Made by a program: the position numbers and the translations under genes
Shown here: positions 9,761 to 20,694 of the stretch, in pieces
Layout: each line of letters opens with the position of its first letter
How positions within the stretch are numbered: the stretch's first letter is position 1
Source: Macrostomum lignano
Lineage: Eukaryota
Direction of reading: 5' to 3'
DNA length: 64,000 nucleotides
NCBI GenBank assembly: GCA_002269645.1
Contig: NIVC01002473.1
Coordinates: forward strand, 1-64,000
The notes under the pieces: model-generated
What the model was told of the DNA's origin: nothing
The model's input: the letters and a program-made list of their open reading frames with translations, nothing else
The model's database searches: none

Positions 9761-10489
9761 TCAAGCACTTTTGTCTGCGTCACCATCCTCTCCACCATTG
9801 ATCACTTTGGGCAACTTGATTGCATTTTGCCTGCGCAGGGGCCACGGAAGCTTTCGTTTGTGACAGCCGCTGTTGCCGAGCCCTGAAGCAGCACGGAACC
9901 GGTACCACAGTGGGTCGTGCGACAGGTCGCTGTCTTGCTGGGGTATGCGCCCGACTGAAGTCTCTGGCAGAACAGGCGAGCTGGTTGCATTGTCCGACTC
10001 GACGATGCGCAGCCTCTTCTCTTCTTCTTCTTCTTCTTCGCTGACCGGCAGAGTTTCTTGGCCCTCATGCTTGATGTCCTCGGCCTCCAGCTGATACTCA
10101 CTCTCCGCCGACTTCTCTCGCAGCTCGTTGTCGATCCACTCGGCCTTCTTCCAGAGTTCTCCCCATAGACGGGGAGTCAGCGCCACTGAGTTCCGCCGCA
10201 GATAATCCTCTGTACAGTCTTCCGGCAGGCGCTTCAGCCAGATGATACCCCTGCTGACCACAACGAGTTTATCAAAGCCAAGCTTGACTGTGACGCTGTG
10301 CCGATTGACTGCCGAGTGCACAAGCTGGCGTTTCAGCTGCTTCAACTTCTCCCATTGGTATGCATTGAGGTTAAAGCCAGGGATGCCCGCTCTGAGCCCG
10401 CTTTCAGAGGAGAAGAAACGTCGGATTGCAATAAAGCGATGACCTTCGTACTCTTGCACTTGAACTTTGAAGCCGTCACAGAGATCCAT
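9761..10489 (-). CDS. PC4/Sub1-like ssDNA-binding/coactivator protein with probable tandem PC4 domains and an acidic tail
   Basis: KVQVQEYEGHRFIAIRRFF...GIPGFNLNAYQWEKLK matches PC4 YVSVRDFKGKVLIDIREYW...GRKGISLNPEQWSQLK; a second degenerate copy ends SVALTPRLWGEL. Confidence 0.75.
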   Translation of the reverse strand: MDLCDGFKVQVQEYEGHRFIAIRRFFSSESGLRAGIPGFNLNAYQWEKLKQLKRQLVHSAVNRHSVTVKLGFDKLVVVSRGIIWLKRLPEDCTEDYLRRNSVALTPRLWGELWKKAEWIDNELREKSAESEYQLEAEDIKHEGQETLPVSEEEEEEEKRLRIVESDNATSSPVLPETSVGRIPQQDSDLSHDPLWYRFRAASGLGNSGCHKRKLPWPLRRQNAIKLPKVINGGEDGDADKSA

Positions 10490-10499
10490 TAATGATATG

Positions 10500-10812
10500 T
10501 TTCTTTAAGAAGGATGCACAAAAATTCCTTTCGTCATGAAGCCAACCTCAAAAAATCGCCCATCTTATATATACTTTCTAGGCGGAGTGGGGTGGGTGCA
10601 ATAATGAGTTTCCTTCAGTACATATACCAGCATGCGCTTTGTTATCTCACCGGGCCCCCATGCCCACCCGATGTGCCCCCCATGGAATTTCCATGGCTCT
10701 CCCCGCGGCAGAGTCGCTCAATGGATTCACACGGGCCCGCATGTCCACTCACCAGGGCCCATGGCTTTTCCACGGAAATTCCTGCGGCAGAGTTCTGTTA
10801 TCCCATACTACT
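10500..10812. repeat. Putative right terminal inverted repeat region of the Polinton
   Basis: Non-coding GC-rich stretch with short palindromes (CCATGG, GGGCCC) ending in CATACTACT; the partner TIR is not in the window. Confidence 0.6.
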
Positions 10813-11024
10813 GACAGTGGTGCATGGGTTAAATATAACAAACAGTTACTAAGTCCGAAACCTCTACTGATAATTGTAATAAATATCAGCACTGAGATTC
10901 GAGAAAAATACACATCAACTTAATAAATTATAAATAAAATTCTAATTAACAAGATGTCAATGAATTTAAACTATTATTGACAAAAATCAGTGGCAAAGAA
11001 GCTTAAAAAGAAGGGCATAGGGTT

Positions 11025-11430
11025 AAAGAAAGTAGATTGAAGATATAGATAGGAAAAGTAGATTGGAAGGGTAGATAGGAAAATAGATTGGAAGAGTAGA
11101 GAGAAAAGTAGATTGGAAGGGTAAAAAGGAAAGTAGATTGGAAGCGTAAATAGGAAAGTAGATTGGAAGGGTAGATAGAAAAGTAGATAGGAAGGGTAGA
11201 TAGGAAGGGTAGATAGGAAGGGTAGATTGGAAGGGTAGATTGGAAAGTAGATTGGAAGGGTAGATAGGAAAGTAGATTGGAAGGGTAGATTGGAAAGTAG
11301 ATTGGAAGGGTAGATAGGAAGGGTAGATAGGAAGGGTAGATTGGAAGGGTAGATTGGAAAGTAGATTGGAAGGGTAGATAGGAAAGTAGATTGGAAGGGT
11401 AGATTGGAAAGTAGATTGGAAGGGTAGATA
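11025..11430. repeat. Purine-rich 12-13 bp tandem repeat (GGAAGGGTAGAT[T/A])
   Basis: Read directly. Confidence 0.9.
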
Positions 11431-11694
11431 GCAAGAAGCAGATTACAAGAGGCACCTGACCAAAAGATTGCGAATTGAAATTGAGCAAATCATAATAAAA
11501 CCTACAAAGAAGTACAAATCTGGAAAATCAAGGCATTCCCTCCGAATTAATAAAAAGTGCTCCCAGTGATAAAATAACAATCAACCACATAAAGAAGCGT
11601 GAATAACATACAAAGCATTTCAGCAATACGTGAACAACAAGCATAAAAACTATGATTTGCGCTTATAATAAGAATAAATTCAATTATGACTCAC

Positions 11695-14600
11695 CTCGCC
11701 TAGCAACGGCCTGGTGGTAGGGCGGCGGCGCCAACGGGCGGCCAACGGTGGCCACGGTGGTCTCGCTTCGGGGTGGCGGCGGCGGCGGAGGCGTAGGCGA
11801 AGCCACCGATGATGAGGATGAGGAAGGCGATGGGGAGGCTGGGAGCTGCTGGACGCCGCTGAGATGCTGCCGTTGCTGCATCACCTGTGGAAAGTGAAAT
11901 AAGCTTGCCATGGGTCAGGATTGAGAATCTGGGAGGCTGGTCCAGCAACTGAGGATCTGAGAGGCTGGCCCAGCAACTGAGGATCTGAGAGGCTGGCCCA
12001 GCAACTGAGGATCCGGGAGGCTGGCCTAGCAACTGAGGATCTGGGCGGCTGTCCAAGCAACTGAGGATTTGGGAGGCTGGCCCAGCAACTGGGGATCTGG
12101 GAGGCTGGCCCAGCAACTGGGGACTGAGGATCTGGGAGGCTGGCCCAGCAACTGAGGATCTGGGCGGCTGTCCAAGCAACTGGGAATGTGGGAGGCTGGC
12201 CCAGCAACTGGGGATCTGGGAGGCTGGCCCAGCAACTGGGGACTGAGGATCTGGGAGGCTGGCCCAGCAACTGAGGATCCGGGAGGCTGGCCTAGCAACT
12301 GAGGATCTGGGAGGCTGGCCCAACAACTGGGAATGTGGGAGGCTGGCCCAGCAACTGAGGATCTGGGAGGCTGGCCCAGCAACTGAGGATCTGGGAGGCT
12401 GGCCCAGCAACTGAGGATCTGGGAGGCTGGCCCAGCAACTGGGGATCTGGGAGGCTGGCCCAGCAACTGGGGATCTGGGTGGGCGACAGAGATAGATATG
12501 ATATAAACTGACCTGTTGATAGGGCGGCGGCAGAGGCGGTCTGGCCGCAGGCGCGGCGGCGCCGGCCACGACAGCGGCGGGCACAGCAGCAGGAATGTGC
12601 TGATGCTTGGCCGGCTTGCGGCCCTCGCTAAGCGACATGAGCTTGTTAAACTGGGCATCGTTAGTAGTGTTAAACTTAGTCCCAGCAGTGGAGGCCACAT
12701 CGGGACACTGGGAGATCGGGCCTCCGTCTGATTCAGCCGATGTCAGCCGGAGCCGGGACACGTACTCGGCCAGCTTCTTCTCGGCGATGGTCTCGTCGTG
12801 AAGCTTCTTGGTCAGAGCGGCCACCGCGGCGGAGCGGCGCTTTCCTGAGCCGGAGCCGACGGTCAGGGCGGAGCTGCTGCCGGCCCGTCGAAGCGGTGGC
12901 GGCACGGAGGCATTTGGGGCGCCAGCAAGATGCAGAGTGGCCGCCGTGGAAGCTGAGGCGGAGCCCTGATGATGCCTACCTTGCCGCCAGGTGTGACCTT
13001 CGTAGCTGGCCTGCGCATAGTGGCAGAAGCCGCGCACCTAAGTGCAAAAATATGGTTTCAAATGGTTGTAGAGGGTACAGCAACCTCCTGAAGATTCAGA
13101 GAGGGTACAGCAACCAACTTAAGATTTAGAGAGGGTACAGCAAACCCATGAAGTCTCAGAGGGAGTATACGAGCTAGCAACCTCTTGAAGTTTCAGAGAG
13201 GGTATAGCAACCTCTTGAAGTTTCAGAGAGGGTATAGCAACCTCTTGAAGTTTCAGAGAGGGTATAGCAACCTCTTGAAGTTTCAGAGAGGGTATAGCAA
13301 CCTCTTGAAGTTTCAGCGAGGGTATAGCAACCTCTTGAAGTTTCAGAGAGGGTATAGCAACCTCTTGAAGTTTCAGTGAAGGTATAGCAACCTCTTGAAG
13401 TTTCAGTGAGGTATAGCAACCTCTTGAAGCTTCAGAGAGGGTATAGCAATCCCCTAAATTGTCAGAGTGTACAGCAACCCCCTGAAGTTTCAGAGAGGGT
13501 ACAGCAACCCCCTGAAGTTTCAGAGATGGTACAGCAACCCCCTGAAGTTTCAGAGGGAGTATAGCAACCCCCTGAAGTTTCAGAGAGGGTATGGCAACCT
13601 CCGCAGTTTCAGAGAGGGTACAGCAATCCCCTGAAGTTTCAGAGAGGGTATAGCAACTCCCTGAAGTTTTAGAGAGGGTATAGCAACCTCTTGAAGTTTC
13701 AGAGAGGGTATAGCAACTCCCTGAAGTTTCAGAGAGGGTATGGCAATCCCCTGAAGTTTCAGAGAGGGTACAGCAATCCCCTGAAGTTTCACATAGAAGT
13801 CACTGAAAGACAAAAGATCACAAACTTACCTCTCTAGCCAGCAGTCGCAGCTTCTCAAAGTTAACTAGACCATCCTTCATCTGTTCATTGCACTCGCGAA
13901 TAGCAGTTAAATCTTTGCACAATATAGGCAGGTAAGGTATGGCTGGAGCTTGGAATTTATCGGATTTAAAAAGCTGCCGGTAGCTAGAGTGATTCATCCG
14001 GATATCAGTTAGTTTTTCTAAAGACTTCCAAATGTCTCGATATTTCTTAGGCAATTTCTCCCACGCAGGATTGAGCTGAGAGTTCTGACTCTTTGCTAGG
14101 CCAAGAGTCAGGCTCATCAAGGTATTGAGATTGTTCAATTGACGACAGTACTGTGCCACTTTGAGAAAGTGCTTCAATAAACGGACTCGACGGTTGGTGT
14201 TCTGCTCGGCCGTGAGCTCACTAACTGGCCAATTGGATTCTTTTTCAGTGACCGCCGAAAGCTCATTGATCTCTTTAGAGGCTTTCTCTTTCCGGTGCCA
14301 CCAGTCCACCAGGTGGGTAGGCAGGATTCGTTGGAACACGTTGAAGTCTTCTTTAGTGATGCGCATAGCCACTTCTTGCGGATCCAGCTGGGATTAATTG
14401 TTAGGTGTATAAGGTTTGTTAGGCGTTTCGATACATATCGGTATAGAGCCGATTTTGTCGCAACCTATAGCATGTAAATTAATTGGGAAACTGGAACAGA
14501 CTGCTCAAAGTTTTGAAATCGACTCGTTTTTTGCCTTTAAACTAATCACTTCTATTTTATTCTCTCTCCCTCTCTCTTATCCCCTTCTCTCCTATCTCAC

Positions 14601-17600
14601 TCTATCCCATCTCTCCTCTCTTCTACCCCCCCTCTCTCCTATCTCTCCAATCTCCTATCTCTCCTATCTCCCTCTCTCCTAACTCTCCTATCTCCCCTCT
14701 CTCCTAACTCTCCTATCTCCCCTCTCCCCTAACTCTCCTATCTCCCTCTCCCCTAACTCTCCTATCTCCCCTCTCCCCTAACTCTCCTATCTCCCTCTCC
14801 CCTAACTCTCCTATCTCCCCTCTCCCCTAACTCTCCTATCTCCCTCTCCCCTAACTCTCCTATCTCCCCTCTCCCCTAACTCTCCTATCTCCCTCTCTCC
14901 TAACTCTCCTATCTCCCTCTCCCCTAACTCTCCTATCTCCCCTCTCCCCTAACTCTCCTATCTCCCTCTCCCCTAACTCTCCTATCTCCCCTCTCCCCTA
15001 ACTCTCCTATCTCCCTCTCTCCTAACTCTCCTATCTCCCTCTCCCCTAAATCTCCTATCTTCCTCTCTCCTAACTCTCCTATCTCCCTCTCTCCTAACTC
15101 TCCTATCTCCCTCTCTCCTAACTCTCCTAACTCTCCTATCTCCCCTCTCTCCTAACTCTCCTATCTCCCCTCTCTCCTAACTCTCCTATCTCCCCTCTCT
15201 CCTAACTCTCCTATCTCCCCTCTCTCCTAACTCTCCTATCTCCCCTCTCTCCTAACTCTCCTATCTCCCTCTCTCCTAACTCTCCTATCTCCCCTCTCCC
15301 CTAACTCTCCTATCTCCCCTCTCTCCTAACTCTCCTATCTCCCCTCTCTCCTAACTCTCCTATCTCCCCTCTCTCCTAACTCTCCTATCTCCCCTCTCTC
15401 CTAACTCTCCTATCTCCCTCTCTCCTAACTCTCTTATCTCCCTCTCTCCTAACTCTCCTATCTCCCTCTCTCCTAACTCTCCTATCTCTCCTATCTCCTA
15501 ACTCTCCTATCTCCCCTTTCCCCTAAATCTCCTATCTTCCTCTCTCCTATCTTCCTCTCTCCTATCTCCCCTCTACCCTAAATCTTCTATCTTCCTCTCT
15601 CCTATCTTCCTCTCTCCTATCTCCCCTCTACCCTAAATCTTCTATCTTTCTCTCTCCTAACTACCTCTCTCCCCCTCTCTCTTATTCATACGAGTCGACT
15701 TTTGATAATGAATTCGTTGGTATTAAAAATTTCTAAAAAATAATAAGTTTTATCAGTCATTACTGCTTATTAAACATAAATAATATGTGTAGAAGTAGCC
15801 TACTCTACATCACTATTCAAGCAGACCTATAATAGTGCCAGGTACAAAACGAAAAAATATGTCAGTCTTTCGCATTTCTCTCTCTCACTTTTCACCCCAA
15901 AAAACAGGTAGATAAAAACATTTTTTCCTTACACAACTACAGTCATAGGTAGAAGTCCCATCCCGAGTTGAACTAGAGGGGGGGGGGCTAGGATCAGAAA
16001 TGGGCGGAGTGGACCTCCGGCACCTGGCACTGATGTATAGCAAGATGAGTCATCAATAGAAAAAGAGGGAGTGGAAAAGACTTGATAGAGGAGGGGTTTA
16101 AGTCGTGGGATTAGTTCTAGAACCCAGTTAGTGCGAGGCGCGTGTGTGTGTGCGTGATATACAGCTGCATGCACTATAACAGTGGCAAGTCAGGACACCA
16201 AGGGCAGAAGTTACAAGTATCTGAGGGTTTAGCAGGGATTCTGTGCAATAATTATACATCTTATATAATCTTTTACGCGCTATGATTCCAGAGGAAAAAG
16301 TCTGGGAAACGGGTATTAACCTCAAATACATATATAAAAGGCTTTATTATTATTCTGAATAAATAAAAAGTTAACCATGATTATTGATGAGTCATTCATT
16401 TGATTAATACTATTTTTGTAAACTGCCTGATTTTCTCGTTAATTATCTATGCAAATTGGCCAAAATTAATGCAAACTGGCCAATATGCTTGTAAATTGGT
16501 CACTATTAATGTAAATTGGCTAATATCCATGTAAATTATCAGTCATGATTATGTAGCTAAATTATGATTAGCTAATATTCATGTAAATTGGCTAATATTC
16601 ATGTAGATTGGCCAATATTCATGTAAATTGGCTAATATTCATGAAAATGGGCCAATATTCATGTAAACTGACCGATATTCATGTAAATTGGCAAATATTG
16701 ATGTAAATTAGCTAATATTCATGTAAATTGGCTAATATTAATGTAAATTGGCTAATATCCATGTAAATTATCAGTCATGATTATGTAGCTAAATTATGAT
16801 TAGCTAATATTCATGTAAATTGGCTAATATTCATGTAGATTGGCCAATATTCATGTAAATTGGCTAATATTCATGAAAATGGGCCAATATTCATGTAAAC
16901 TGACCGATATTCATGTAAATTGGCAAATATTGATGTAAATTAGCTAATATTCATGTAAATTGGCTAATATTCATGTAAATTGGCTAATATTCATGTAAAT
17001 TGGCCAATTATGTACATTGGCTATTAAGCATGTAAATTGGCCAATATTCATGTAAACTGGCCACTATCTATGTAAATTAGCTATTTTTTAGCAAAATTAT
17101 TTAACCAAGCAAAATGTTCAAGTGGGTATCAGCTAAGCAATAAGCAGAGCTCACCTGCAAAAAGTCCACAGCAGCCTCCCTGAGCACATCCTGAGCATCC
17201 GCATCTGACAGGAACTGGTGCGCCAGCTCATTCTGCTGTTTAACATAGTAGCGAGCGTTCAACGCTAGCCGGTTGCCAAGGTCTTGCAGATTATCCGACA
17301 GGGTCTTCCGCCGGATCAGCGGCCCAGCATTGACGCTAATCTCCATGAGTTTATACTCATTGCTTGAGCCGTGCAATCCGAACTCTTGCATAGACAGCAT
17401 CACAACTTCTCTAGCCGTAGTCTCCTGGTTGATGCACAACAGTTTAAACGCACCGTCGGGTCTGAAGACACGGATCACGTGATCCGGCTGATCGGCTACG
17501 CCACTGACACTGCCAATACCGGCGCTTAAATCTGGATTGGAGGTCGATCCCTTCAGAGCGTGACCTCCAGATGTACCTGCAGCAGAGGCGGCAACCTTCT

Positions 17601-20499
17601 CCGCTGCTCCGGTGTCGCTACCAGCTTTGCCAGGAACCAGCTGACGGCCTGTGGCTCTGCCGAGTGAGCCGCCGCCGCTGCTGCTGCTGCCGCCATTCCC
17701 CGAGTCCTGATGGCCTCCACCAGCTGCTGTGGCCGATGCATTGGAGGCCAGCAACAGTTTATAAAAATTTAGCGGATCCCAACGAACTGTCAAGTCGAGT
17801 TTAGCGTCAGACTGTTGCTGATGCGACGGCTGGTGGTGGGAGGGATGATAATGATTATCAATTTGAAACTTATTATCAATTGTTATTGATAATAACAATT
17901 GATTATTATCAATAATGATTACCAAATGATAGGTTTGGTAAAATCAAAACAAAAAAATGGCACCCATAGTCTGGAAATGGCACCCATAGTCTGGAAATGG
18001 CACCCATAGTCTGGAAATGGCACCTATAGTTTACAAATGGCACCCCTAGTCTAAAAATGGCACCCACCCATAATTTAAAAATGGCTACCATAGTAAAAAA
18101 TGGCACCCATAGTTTCAAAAATGACACCCATAGTTGAGAAAATGACACCCATAGTTTAGAAAATGGCACCCATAGTTTCAAAAATGGCACCCTTAGTTTA
18201 AAATGGCGCCCATAGTTTTGAAAATGGCACCCATAGTTTAAAAAATGGCACCTACAGTTTTAAAAATAGCACCCATAGTTTCAAAAATGGCACCCTTAGT
18301 TTAGAAAATGGCACCCATAGTTTCAAAAATACCACCAATAGTTTGGCACCTATAGTTTTTAAAATGGCACCCATAGTTTTAAAAATGGCACTTATAGTTT
18401 AAAAACGGCACCCATAGTTTAAAATGGCACTTATAGTTTAAAAACGGCACTTTTAGTTTAAAAATGACAACCATAGTTTAAAAATGACACCCTTAGTTTA
18501 AAAATGGCACCTTTAATTAAAAATGGCACTATTAGGTTTACAAAATGGCACTAAGTGCACAAATATTTGCCCCCCTCCTCCCATATCAAGCACAGCGTAC
18601 CTGCAGCAGGCTCTTCAGTCGCACCAGCGGCATCTGCTCCACAGGCTGACCACCAATGGACACGACTCGATCGCCGGCCCGTAGACCGCACAGAGCAGCC
18701 GGACTGCTGTCAATCACGTCTCGAACGTAACACAGCCGTTCGCCCAGATGAAACCTGGCCCCATTGTTAACCACAGGGCACGCCGCTTTTCTCAATCGCG
18801 ACTTTGTCGAGCAGGCAATTCTGAGCAGATTCTGCGGTCCTCGAGTCTCCTCCCGGCGTTCCAACTGCCTGTCGAAGTGTTGCAATATTCGAAACAATTC
18901 GCTGGAATCGTCGAAGTCGTTGAAATGATTGTTGGTCCACAGCAGGAACACTCGGACAGCACGGCTGGCCTGTTCGCCACCGCAGCCAAGGCCTTCAAGG
19001 AGCCGCTGGGCCACCGGCAGGCCGCTGTCCAAGAAGGTGCGATAAGTCAACAGGAAGTCGTCGGCATAGTTCGGGTCGGCGGAGGAACCACCGCGGCACT
19101 CCAGCAGCTGATCGATGAGCGCCTGCGGCGTGCCTCGAATTATCGTCTGCTGCTTTTTAAGCGTACCCGACTCCAGCGTGCGGATCTCCTTCACCAGCTG
19201 CAGACTGCCGTCCGAAGCTCGAATCTCTATGGTGTTCTCCGCTTCGGCTGAGAGCACCTTGCAGTACTGCTCCTGAGTACGGTGGATGAGGGGGTCATTA
19301 ACTCGTGAACTGCGAGGCTGTCCCAGCAACTGAGGATTTGGGAGGCTGGCCTAGCAACTGAGGATCTGGGAGGCTGTCCCAGCAACTGAGGATTTGGGAG
19401 GCTGGCCCAGCAACTGAGGATCTGAGAGGCTGGCCCAGCAACTGATGAGGATCGGGGAGGCTGGTCCAGCAACTGAGGATCTGAGAGGCTGGCCCAGCAA
19501 CTGGGGACTGAGGATCTGGGAGGCTGGCCCAGCAACTGAGGATTTGGGAGGCTGGCTAGGAAATCCCTCTCAGGGTGAGACACTTAGAAATCTCAAGGTG
19601 AGACACTTAGAAATCTCAAGGTGAGACACTTAGAAATCTCAAGGTGAGACACTTAGAAATCTCAGGATGAGACACTTAGAAATCTCAAGCTGAGACGCGT
19701 TAAAAACAACCAGCTGCAGTCCCAGCAGCAACCAACCTGAGTGATGAAGGCGAACCGACAGTTGGGCACCAGAGACCGCATGACCCCCACGTGGTGCTGC
19801 CGCTCAGTAGTCGGCTTCACTCCGAAGGCATCGCCGCAGTGCAGCTGCACGGGCGCGTTGCCAGGCCGTTGAATCTCCACTTCGCCATCAACAATAACGG
19901 ACCAAGAGTCCAGCTTCTCTCCGTCATCCAGTACAACCTTTCCAGGTTTCTCAACCACCGCGTACAGCATGCAGCCGGCGAATTGCCTCTGAGTAGCTCT
20001 AGTGAAATTTGAGAACGCGTGCAAACGTTGAAAGGAGTCTAGCAATAATTCGATGTCCTCATTTGACCTTTCAGTTGGGTCCTTTTCTAGGGCAATTAGT
20101 AGGGGACTCCGCCTAGGCAGGTCCGGTGTCACTTGAACCCCGTGAGCCGAATCAGCGTCCAGCATCCGCATCTGCTGATGAAGCTCTTCATCACTGTCAT
20201 AATTCTGCACGGAGCTGTCCAATTCCCCGCTGCCAGAGTAGGCTGACGATGTGTCTGAGCTGTGCGACATCCGCTTGGCAACTGAGGAATCGCTTAGGCG
20301 GGCTAGCAGAGTCTCCTGATGGTTCAGCAGCTGCGGGAGAGATGAAGGAGGATGGAATTAGCATGCCTGATGACACAGCATACGCCAGCACAGACCTGGC
20401 AGACTCTATAGACAGCTAGATGGACCTGACGGACTTGAGAATGTGTATTCAAAATATGGTCACGCAGCACAGCCTTTACAGACTTCAGCGTTGAACTGC

Positions 20500-20564
<65 letters not shown>

Positions 20565-20566
20565 GC

Positions 20567-20648
<82 letters not shown>

Positions 20649-20653
20649 GCAAA

Positions 20654-20694
<41 letters not shown>

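Larger units (their letters stand above)
1..10812. mobile_element. Polinton/Maverick (adintovirus-like endogenous virus), right portion; left end outside window
   Basis: pPolB, A32-like ATPase, adenain-like protease, DJR major capsid, penton and rve integrase are clustered, intronless and tightly packed. Sequence ends ...CCCATACTACT at 10812 (AGTAGT on the minus strand), matching the known AG/AGTAGT Polinton termini. Confidence 0.95.
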
